Assembly (NCBI GenBank): GCA_964016885.1
Contig: OZ024741.1
Span: 80,476,001-80,540,000 of the forward strand
Reading direction: 5' to 3'
DNA from: Eledone cirrhosa
Lineage: Eukaryota
Length of the DNA: 64,000 nucleotides
The translations under genes were made by a program, and so were the position numbers. Below are positions 53,880 through 64,000 of the stretch, one piece after another. Below the pieces are notes generated by a model that worked only from the letters and a program-made list of their open reading frames with translations, was not told where the DNA came from and made no database searches. How positions within the stretch are numbered: the first letter of the stretch is position 1; every line of letters starts with the position of its first letter.

Positions 53880-54480
53880 AAAGACTTACTGAAGACAGAT
53901 CCTGGCTATTACCCCACTGGGATGGAGAATTATTAGCACAGGCTTCCCAATCCACCACACTTGAAGATCGTATTGCAGTTTTAATTACAGGAAAAGGAAA
54001 GGAGGAGCTCTTAGACATTCCCATTTCAAGATATGGAACTGGACAATAAACCGCTGAAGTTGTTTTAAAGGAAATTCAATGACTCAAAATTGAGGATAGA
54101 ATAATTAGTATGTTCTACCACTGCAAGTAACACTAGCATGCACCAATGAGCTAATATGAAAATTGAAGCTGCTTTGAAAAAAAAACCCTTTGTGGGTGGC
54201 TTGCTGCCATCACATTCTTTAACTGGTTTTGAAGAAAGTCTTCAAGATCTTTTCCCCAGGAGATGGTTGAATATCTATTGACTGTACTGCTTTCTAGAGA
54301 TCATCCGCGAAAAGACTATGCCAAGTTCATAAAGCTCTCCCTTCTCTTCAGTTCTCCCTCTCAATCACAGGAGCTTACCACTAAGCTCGTTGGATGACTA
54401 AGGCCATATATGTTCTGTTCAAAGAACAACTTAAGCGTACACAATGTAAGTTGAGAGATCTAGAAAATTTTGTTTCTGGT
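53880..54480 (+). pseudogene. Degraded hAT-superfamily (hATm-like) transposase
   Basis: Manual translation across stops and shifts: HWDGELL, EDRIAVLITG, ELLDIP..GTG, TTASNT, LWVACCHHIL, GAYH*ARWMTKAIY. Confidence 0.7.
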
Positions 54481-54579
54481 TATAAATTTCATTTATAAAA
54501 AGTGCCTCTCTCTTTTACCCATTAGCATTTACATAACTCTGTATTTAATATATTTTCATGGTAAAGGCTTTACCTCAGA

Positions 54580-55385
54580 TAATTATGTCACCTAATCTGT
54601 TCTCCATCTACTTTGCTGTACTGCAGACATATGCCTTCCAGGACTTCGAAATCAGTGTATATTTGCAATTTAGAACCTCTGGCAAAGTCTTTAATCTAAG
54701 ATGGTTTAACAACGTCTAAACCATTTGGCATTCTTGTTAGGGAGTTCTTGTATGCTGATGATACAGATTTTGTGGCTCACTCCTCAGAGGACAGGTAGTT
54801 GATATTGGCCATCTTCTCTAAGCATACACTGTGTTTAGGCTAAATATTAGTATAAAAAAGACAAAGATCATGTGCACTCCACCAGTTGGGGAAGTGAATG
54901 TGGAGCCAGACATTTTTGTGTGAGGAAAAAGACTTGAGGTGGTGGACAGCTTGGAGTATGTCAGAAGTACACTTAGTAGAGATGGTATCCTTGATGCTGA
55001 AATAGATCATAGGATTGTGAGTCTTGCTTTTGGGAAGCTTGAGAAGCGAGTCTGGTCAAATTGGGGTATCACGAGAATCACAAAGCGCTCTGTATGTGGC
55101 CGATTTCTTCTAACAAGAGATCTGAAATCACACGAGTCAAGGAGAAATCGATCCATCTGTGAGATGGTTCTACTGCCTCACACTCCACGGTACATTTGCA
55201 GTGAGTATGGCTTAATTTGCAAGTCAGCTGTAGAATGCATGAAGATGCACCCCAGTTGGTATTGCCAGGAGACACAGTTCAAGTGTCACATCTGTGAACA
55301 TGCCTGCAAAACAAAAGCAGGTCTAAAAAGACACCTGCATGCAAATGATCATGCAATGTTCAATGAAGGGATATCACTGTTCTGA
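54580..55385 (+). mobile_element. Decayed RTE (BovB-like) LINE ending in C2H2 zinc fingers
   Basis: GKVFNLR, EFLYADD, GLNISIKKTK, AFGKLEKRVW, FKCHICEHACKTKAGLKRH. Confidence 0.75.
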
Positions 55386-55489
55386 CAAGTAGCAATCAGC
55401 ATGTATGTATGTGTGCGTGTCCGTGCACGTACGCACGTGGCAAATTTGCAAAGCCGTTAGAACGTTGGATAAGTTTCCACAGCCAGAAT

Positions 55490-56000
55490 TTCTCTTTTAG
55501 CTCTTCCACAGATTTTGCTTAAGAACCAGATCATCAGCATTCAGAAGTTCACATGTTCAGCTGATCTTAAACTCCTATGTTATGACCCGGAGAACTATAA
55601 TATAAAAAAGTGGTCTGAGGACTAACCCTGATGAACTCCTACCTGTGCATTGAATTTCTCACTAACCTCTTCCTACTTTCACTTTGACTGCTCTCACAAG
55701 CTATTCTTCTACATCTAGATTCCTTAAGGACCACTAGATGACAGATCATTGTACTCTGTTGAAGGCCTTCTCCAGATCAACAGAAACCAAATATAGTGGC
55801 TTACACTTAGCTGGGAACTTCTCTTGTAGTTCTCTAAGAAAGAAGAAAGCATCTGCAGTACTCCTCTCTAGCACAACACTGAACTGCATCTCATCTAATT
55901 TGGCTCTTTCCCTAATTAGTTGTATTAGAGCTCTTTCTGTCTCTTTCATAACTTTCATAGTTTTATACCTCTGTAGTTACTCCTTCTCAGAGTATTATCT
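55490..56000 (-). mobile_element. Decayed RTE RT fragment
   Basis: RSTADAFFFLRELQEKF..KCKPLYLVSVDLEKAFNRV plus an ADDLVL remnant. Confidence 0.75.
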
Positions 56001-56879
56001 TTTCTCTTGTAGCAGTTCATGAGTATACTGCTGCACCATTCATTGGGTATGATTTCATCCTATATTAGCCAATTGACAATGCACCTAACTGGTTTGGCTC
56101 ATACTTCCCAAGACAATTTCAACTTCCGAGCGATTATCTCTGACTGTTCAGGGACTTACCATTTTCCATCTTCTTGCCTCTGTTGAGGCAGCTGGGGAAC
56201 CATGCAATGTTATTTATTCTGAGTGATTTCTCAGGTTGATACAGGTTGTCTTCATTATGATGTATGGAGCCCACATCCACCCAGTAATATATATGGTCTT
56301 CTTTACAGTTACTGTCTACCAAATACAATGATATTGCATTGGTTGTTCCTGGACTAGCAAAATTAGATTAAATTAAGGTGAAAGAAATATAGGAATTTAT
56401 CCATTGATATAATTAAAGTTTATTTTAAAATTCATGCTTGTCTGATTAGCTCAAAAATACAAAGAAGTCATGTCCTTTGAATTCACTATTTAGAGTAGGA
56501 ATAGGAAATGAAATTTTGGTAAATCAGGAGAATGGAAAAATTGTCAGCAGCAATTCCTCTGTAGTGGAATCTATTTTGAGAAAGCAATATATGAATTTCT
56601 CAATAGATGAGCTATTTGTAGGTACATATTAGAAATTATTTTTTATTTTTTTTTACTGGTTTAAGTCTTTAGACTGTGGCCATGCTGGGGTGCCACCTTC
56701 AAGGGATTTAGTCAATCATATTGAGTCCAGTACTTTTTTTTTTTTTTTTTTCAAGTAAACACAAATGAAATTATATAATATCCATACAAATGTTCAAATT
56801 TGAAGGGTTTATCCAACGTAGCAACATGGAAATTGCTCATTTCTTCTCAAAAGAAGTGCTATAAATGAATCCATTGTTG

Positions 56880-57200
56880 TCATTTTTTTCTTTCTCCTTC
56901 TGTCTGTTCTTTCATGCTTGCATGGGCTAGATGTGTCCTCTCCAGCACAGCATGCATCCCTCCACTCATCTCTCTCCTTAGTGATTTTCTCTGTGAAACT
57001 CAGGATCTGGAGATCAGCTTTCACCACTTATGACCAACTTTTCCTCAATCTACCCTATCACATCTTCCATCCACTAGGATCCTTAAACACTTCTTCACCC
57101 AGTGATCATTATCCAAACACATTATATGGTGTTCACATCTGCAGTTTTCTATTATGCACACAACTTTTAATACTCAGTTTTTCTCAACTTATCTATGCTT
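56880..57200 (-). mobile_element. Decayed RTE 3' end
   Basis: VVKADLQILSFTEKITKERDEWRDA, like the C-termini of the other RTE copies. Confidence 0.6.
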
Positions 57201-57922
57201 CATAGTTTACACATCCTATTAGAATTATTTTAGAAATCCATGAAAAATACTACATGTATTTAAGCTAAAATACTGATAGGAAAATAAAATATTTGCCCTA
57301 TCTATGATATGATAAATAAAAAGATGTCATCAGACTAGAAACAAAAGTAATTGTATGAATTGACCAAAGGTGACAATCTAAATTAACTGTTTACATTTTA
57401 ATATAGAACTTTTGTTATGAACAGGTTGGTAATATAGATAAAAATGTAAACACATCAAGAAGAAATATTGTATATATTCATGTATAGCTTGTACATTTTC
57501 CCACAAAAATATGGTCTGAGTAAGCAGTATGGAATTCATCTATTTCCAGTTGATTTAAAAAAAAAAATAATCTTCTAACTATTGAGTAGTGGGATCTCTG
57601 TTTACACAGAACATTATCATTGTTATGATGTTGAATGTAAAGAGAAGACATAAACACACCGTTTTACTCATCAATTTCACTGACAAGGCATTGGTTTCTT
57701 CTGAGGCTATGCAGTGGGACAGAACACAAGACCATGTAGTTATGGAGGGAACTTTTTAACCACATAACCATTCCCGCATCTGATACATCATATAAATCAA
57801 TTCAGTTTTCTATTTCATTTTTTATATATTATCTTTAGTATTCTAATTTTGTTACTATTGAATAACAAAGTTTTTGTTACTATTGAATAACAAAGTTTTT
57901 GTTATTTTTCAATCTTTTCCAG

Positions 57923-58130
57923 ATTTTGAGAATATTCCAGAATATTAAATTTGTCCATAATTATGTGACCATTGGATAGTAGCTACTGTATTTATTCTAA
58001 CATTTCTTACATATGACCTAGCCTTTGTTAGAAGCATGGCTACCCATATCACCTGTGACATTTAACTAATACATACTTGGATTATCTAAAAACAATGGAA
58101 AGTTACCTTGTTCAAGCCCAAGAGGATTTG
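57923..58130 (+). other. Candidate host exon (5'UTR plus first 12 codons MESYLVQAQEDL)
   Basis: Pyrimidine tract and ttttccAG acceptor, aacaATGG start context at 58095, and a perfect GTAAGT donor at 58131. No homology recognised. Confidence 0.35.
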
Positions 58131-58433
58131 GTAAGTATTTATCATTCTTTTGCTGCAACGTTAATTATCTGGTTAAATGTTTCAGACACTCATCATCATT
58201 ATCATATGTTTGCTTTCCTTGTTAGAAAGAATAAGACTATTCATCAAAATATGTTTCTTTGAGCACTATGAAATACATATTCAGCTCTTATCACAATTGC
58301 TATTCTCAAACACTGCACCATTAATCCTTTTGTTACTGTATCTCTAATGAAGGACAATGCCTATGCTTTTCAAATAATTTTGAAAATAAACAAGAATTTA
58401 TAGGGATTTAGTTATTTAACTAAATTCTCATTA

Positions 58434-58660
58434 TTAACCCTTTAGCATTCACATTACCCTATATATACTATTATATTTTCATGGTAAAGGCTTTATCTCA
58501 CATAATATCTTACGCAATATCGAATCTATGAGATTTTGAAAGTATTTATTTTGAGAACAATACCTTAACATCAGTTTGAGTGACCAGTTACAGCCAGTTT
58601 CAACAGAAAAAGGTAGAGAATTTTGGCCAGTTTTGGCTGGCTTGAACATTAAAGGGTTAA
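58434..58660. mobile_element. piggyBac-type MITE nested in another MITE-like repeat
   Basis: ttaa|ccctttagcatt...aaaggg|ttaa; homologous to 39755-39949. Confidence 0.75.
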
Positions 58661-60276
58661 GCTGGTGTTTATAATATAGCTTAAAGGTTCTTACATAAAA
58701 TGATGATGGAAGGTCTTTAGGTAAATATAAACACTTTAAAATAAACAGTTTTGTATTGTAGAACCAGTGGGGCAGTTTTAGGTGTGAATTAACCTCCTAT
58801 TTGAACCCATGGTTCTATGCTACAAAGCTGTTTATTTTAATGTATATATATATTTATCTAAAAACTTTCCATCAACATTTTATGTTAGAACCTTGAAGTT
58901 ATATTCCAAACAGCAGTTTAATAAGAAAGTTAGTGATATTACTAAATCCATGAAAAAATCCTAATTCATTTATTGAACATTTTAAATTCAATAAGAATTT
59001 GGTGGGTTTAGTAATACAACTTTCTCATTGTTAAGCTGGTGTTTAGACCATAACAAAATTATCATTGAAGGTTTGAATTTAATTATGAGCATTTTAAGAT
59101 ATGATCGCTGGGTGTTCTTCTATTCTGGTCTTGAAAGGGTTTCAGATAGAGATGCTTGCAGATTCTGTTGTTTCAGTCAGAATCTTGCAATAAAACAAAG
59201 CCACAATATAATTTCTTTGTCTTTATATCTCATAAATGTGAATGAATTCAGGCCTCAGGCAATTTCCAGGATGCTTGTTTTTCAAAATGATTTCTATACT
59301 TTAGACAGATATGCACAGTACTTAAATGACCAAAGCATTAGTGACGTCTTGTGTACTGTTGATAATCCTTTGTTGTTGCTAGCAAGGGATTTCACTGTTT
59401 GTTTTTCTTTTTCTTTTTGTATTTGCCTCATGAATATGAATGAATCGGTCTCAGACTATTTTGAAAATATTTGTTTTTCAAAGTGCTTTGTAGACTTAGT
59501 GTCAGTGTTTCCATAATTTCCCTGGATAATATGTTGGTGATAATTGCTAATAATATCTTATCCAAGGGAAATATAACATGAGATATATCAACATCCTCAT
59601 GTAGATGCATCTCATGTTCTGTTTGGAAGTGAGCCATTCTTTTACAAAATGTCAGCATTTCCATTAATTCCACAGGGTAATATGATGAATGAGTAAAAAG
59701 GTTCTTATATAAAACTATAATGGATGGTTTTTAGATAGATATAAACATTTTAAAAATAAGCAGCTTAGTATCGTAAAAGTGGAAGTAGTTTCAGGTAGTT
59801 TGATATCAAAAGACATTATATATTTCATGGATAATACTCAAATTTTTCTCTCTGACTATTGTTGATAATATATTTTGTTTTCATGCTGTGCTACCTGTAT
59901 TTCACTCAGAGTATTTCCTTTACATCTTGCAAATTTTACCTTACGTATGAAGAGAAAATCCATTGTGAATACAAACATTGCTTCACAAAACGTTTTACAT
60001 TTACCTTTAGCACATCCTTTACCTTTCATCCTTTGTATACCAAAGATGTACTGATACTTTATTTATTGAACCCGAGAGAATGAAAAGCAAAGTTAACCTC
60101 GGCAGAATTCAGAGTGCAAAGAAATGAAACGAATACTGCAAAGCATTTAATTTGACCCACTAAAAACCCTGCCAATTTGTTACCTATAGAGGTAGGGCAG
60201 GATCAACAGTAATCTCCGAGTCAAATTTAATGTAGAATCAGTGTCTTCAAGAGAAATTTGTATTCATTATTATCTA

Positions 60277-60467
60277 GGGCGGTGGATTGGCAGTATCTGT
60301 AGAGAGTCGGACACCATGCTTTGACGCATAGAGTTACGGCCCTTGCCATTCTGAGTTCAAATCCCGCCAAGGTTAACTTTGCCTTTCATCCTTACGGGGT
60401 TGATAAAATAAAGTACCAGTAATGTACTAGGTAATTGCGGCCTTGCGCCTAAAATAGAAACAATTAT
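60277..60467 (+). mobile_element. Young tRNA-type SINE with TSD
   Basis: Matches 36929-37117; TSD attattatctag. Confidence 0.88.
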
Positions 60468-60599
60468 TATCTAGTCACTTGTTTACTTGTTTTATGTAAG
60501 TTCCCACTGTCTCGGTTTATTTGTATTGTTCTTAGTGTTTTGGCCTTAGTGGCCAATAAAGAAATCATGATTTAGCCAATAAAGAAATCATTATTTAGC

Positions 60600-61060
60600 C
60601 ATCTCAGAGGCAGCTAATTGGTAGAGTTGTTAGGATGATGGATTAAATACCTTGTTATTTGTTCTGGTTCTTTGTGCTCTAAGTTCAAATCCTGCTGAAG
60701 TCAACTTTGCCTTTCATTCTTCCGGAGTTAAAGTACCAGTTAAATGCTGAAGTTGATTTAATCAACTTTCCCCTCCCTACAAAATTGGTGGTCCTATACT
60801 TAAATTAAAAATTGTTATTTGGCCATCTCAGAGGCAGCAAATTGATAGAGTTGTTAAGATGTTGGATTAAGTACCATGATATTTGTTCTCATTTTTCTGC
60901 TCTGAGTTCAATTCCCGCCATGGTGAACTTTACCTTTCATCCTTTTGGAATCAATAAAATACCAATCAAGTAGCGAGGTTAATTGAATCGACTTTCCTTT
61001 CTCCCTAAAATGACTGGCCTAGTGCCTAAATTAGAAACCATTATTAGTTAGCCATCTAAG
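60600..61060 (+). mobile_element. Two tandem older SINE copies
   Basis: Both have gttcaa(a/t)tcc plus the ctttcat core, and each is bounded by a gccatct.ag motif. Confidence 0.7.
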
Positions 61061-63699
61061 TGGGGGTTATGTTCATCATCATTGTTTAACGTCTATCTTC
61101 CACGCTATGGTACTGTTATAGAAGAGTCAGAAATTAAAAATGCGACTGGGTAAAGTTACAGAGGGAAGGAATACTAGCCCCTTTCACTTCCAAGAATAGT
61201 TGCTGCAATCATTAAGATAGATTAGTATCACATTAATCACTTACTGTACTATTGGTATCTGGTATAGTCTATAACTGCTATAAAGATTAAGCTAAATGGA
61301 AATGAGAGATTATCTAGATAGCGGGTCAAGTTATTTATGTGTTAGGGTTAAGTATTTAAATTGAAAGCACAAGTGTTATATTTCTGAAGATAAAATTACT
61401 CAGGAATTACTTGGCAACGAAAAAAGCAACTCTGACTAGTTGCCGAGAAAGAAAAAGCTTTTGAAGAACTGTCTGATGGCAGTGAATTAGCAGAATTATT
61501 AGAACTTCATTTATGCTATTTGTTCCAGCTCTCTGCACACTGAATTCAAATCCCATTGAGGTTAACCCTGCTTTTCAATGATTTTGGGTTGATAAAAGAA
61601 GTACTAGTACAGTAATGGGGTAAATTATTCCTCTATATCTCTTTCTCATTTCTTCCTTTTCATGCTGAAATTGGCTGTGTTCAGACCTGGAAAGGGGATG
61701 GAGTCCACCAGGTTTAAAACACCCCAAACATGTCATATGTCACAATGGTGCCCCTATGACTCCAGGATTTACAGGTTAAAGTGAGGGAGAGAGATATATA
61801 GTATATATAATCTGATAACAAATGAGAAAGCTAACTGTAGGAGATACGGATAGGACAGGATCAACAGGGATTTCAGTGAAAAATTTAAGGCACAGGTACC
61901 CAACCATTTATCTGGCAAGTTTGGGACCAGAGGTAATCTGGATTTCTAGATACAGGCTAAATATATAGGTAAAATATAAAATAAACAATGAAAATTAAAG
62001 AATGAAACTGTATTTAACAAATATAAACACACTTCTAAAGGAATGTCTGTTTTATCCTTATTAAAATTCTTAAAATAAGAGTGGTGTGTGGGTGCAGTAT
62101 GTATTCCTCAGAAAAAAAATAAAAATTAAAAACATCTAATTTTCTGAATTTTCCAGTTTTCTTGAACCCAAATAAATGGTTTAGTACCTGTACAAGAGCT
62201 GGTGCTTTGTTCTGATTTTACTGCATCAACCCTTTTGATACCAACTCTCCCATACCTAGCCCTGTACTGTGAAACAAAACCACTAATTTTAAAGGTTTCC
62301 TATTTAACTTAAAACCTACCAACAGAATTTTATATAAGAAATAATTTAAGTAATCAAATGATTAATACATTTTGTAAGCTCAAAATTCTTCATTAATTGA
62401 AATAGTGTGTTTTCATTAGAAATATGGTCATGAGAGGGTTAAACAGATAAGACAAATCTCTTTGGATAAGACATCAGTCTATCAGCTGTAACATTCCCAG
62501 GTAACTTGGTATTTATTTCCAACACTTGGGAAAAATTATGGTAATGTAGGATAGGATAAAGTACTTTGTCTCAAAACATAACAGAACACCTGCATCAGAT
62601 TTGAACTGAAGACCTCTGAACAGGTAATTTAATAGCTTATCTATTCAGCCATCCTACTCCTTTTACCTTTTATTCTCCATTGCCTCAGTTTGTCAGGAAT
62701 AGCACCAGGGAATGCTACTTGCAATAGGACATCTGTATCCAGAGAGAAAGATTTATTTAGCATTAACATTATGAAATCTGAGCTTTAAGGGACTATGATA
62801 CATTTACATATTATGTCATATAACTCTTTCATTGCTATCAAATATTATTCAGAACACGTATACATCTCTTTAAGCTTTGCATCATTAATAGATCTGCTTG
62901 TCTCTGCCTTTTCAGAATTATGTTCTTAATAAGTAATGTCTTATTTTTCATTGTTTTCACTTTTTGGGCAACAAAATTGAAAATCTATGCAGTGAGGAAT
63001 TATATTATCCATTTTATATGTTATAGTTCTAAAGAAGGGAGGTAGGTGTAAAAGCTAAACTCACTATCTTCAATTTGATTTTTTGCCTATCCTTGCCTAT
63101 GGTCATGAATATTGAGTAATAACCAAAAGAATATGATTACAAATTACGAGCGACCAAAATGGGATTCATCTGAAGGGTCTTTGGAGTAAACGTTATCCAA
63201 TAGGGTGATTAGCTCAGAGATCTGGAAGTCACTCCAAGTAGTGCCACTACTGCTCTACATTGAGAAATTATGCCACTGGTACTATGGATATATGGTTAGA
63301 ATATCCAAGGAAAGAATCACAGGACAGATTTAACTGGCAAAGTCAACTGACAGGAAACCTAGAGGTAGACCATGAGCAAAATGGTTGGATAACATCTATA
63401 AACTCAGTTGGGTATCCAGCCAGATCATTTAGAGATGGCTGTTTCTGATAGGACCATCTGGAAAGCATGTTTGAGGACTGCTTTTATGATCATTTCAGGA
63501 ATAAGTGGACGAAGATGTTGTAGTTATTATTCTAGGAGAAATAAACTTAATATTACTTTAATCTTTTTGAATCCAACCCTCCTCTGGTTCTATAAAAGAA
63601 ACTACACATTTTAAAGGGTTTTTATTTAAATTAAAATCTTCCAATATAATTTGATATAAGAACTTTTTGTTAAGTTGTATTACAAACATCACCTTAATA

Positions 63700-63885
63700 A
63701 TTGTTTCTACTTTAAGCACAAGGCCAGCAATTACCCAGTGCATTACTGGTACTTTATTTTATCGACCCCTTAAGGATGAAAGGCAAAGTCAACCTCAGCG
63801 GGATTTGAACTCAGATCGTAAAGGGACGTAACTATGCTGGAAAGCATGGCGTCCGACCCTCTACCGATACTGCCAATCCACCGCC
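63700..63885 (-). mobile_element. Young tRNA-type SINE with 15-bp TSD
   Basis: Reverse complement of the 36929 family; TSD catcaccttaataat on both sides. Confidence 0.9.
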
Positions 63886-64000
63886 ATCACCTTAATAATG
63901 AAATGATTAATAATTGTAGTAAATCCTTCCAAATTCTGCTTTCATTAAGTAATTGAAATACAGTATATTTCTTTAGAAATATGGTAATGGAAAGGTTAAA

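Noticed and set aside
55190-55345. Host C2H2 zinc-finger gene
   Set aside because: Lies at the end of a decayed RTE reading frame, where such fingers are expected.
59028-59673. ORFs of 162 aa (+) and 81 aa (-)
   Set aside because: No recognisable motifs or splice support; probably chance or an unidentifiable decayed repeat.

Overview
AT-rich eukaryotic DNA made almost entirely of repeats. The repeat inventory (RTE LINEs with TGA-repeat tails, tRNA-type SINEs, very long TA arrays) suggests a coleoid cephalopod such as octopus; this is an inference. Bases 1-26000 are one polarised (TA)nTG microsatellite field with a 200-N gap. It carries a probably full-length CR1-clade LINE with an unusual ORF1 (Myb/SANT-like domain, polyQ, two CCCH fingers), RTE pieces, and several Penelope-like (PLE) insertions with inverted pseudo-LTRs and minimal hammerhead ribozymes. 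Two of the PLE insertions share a conserved 27-codon ORF start and nearly identical junction points. Bases 26000-64000 hold decayed RTE/CR1 LINEs, a full-length TSD-flanked RTE, two tandem non-autonomous Helitrons, a hAT transposase relic, TTAA MITEs, many SINEs and one candidate host exon. All long Ile/Tyr/Met/Cys-rich ORFs in the track are microsatellite artefacts. No intact host gene was recognised.
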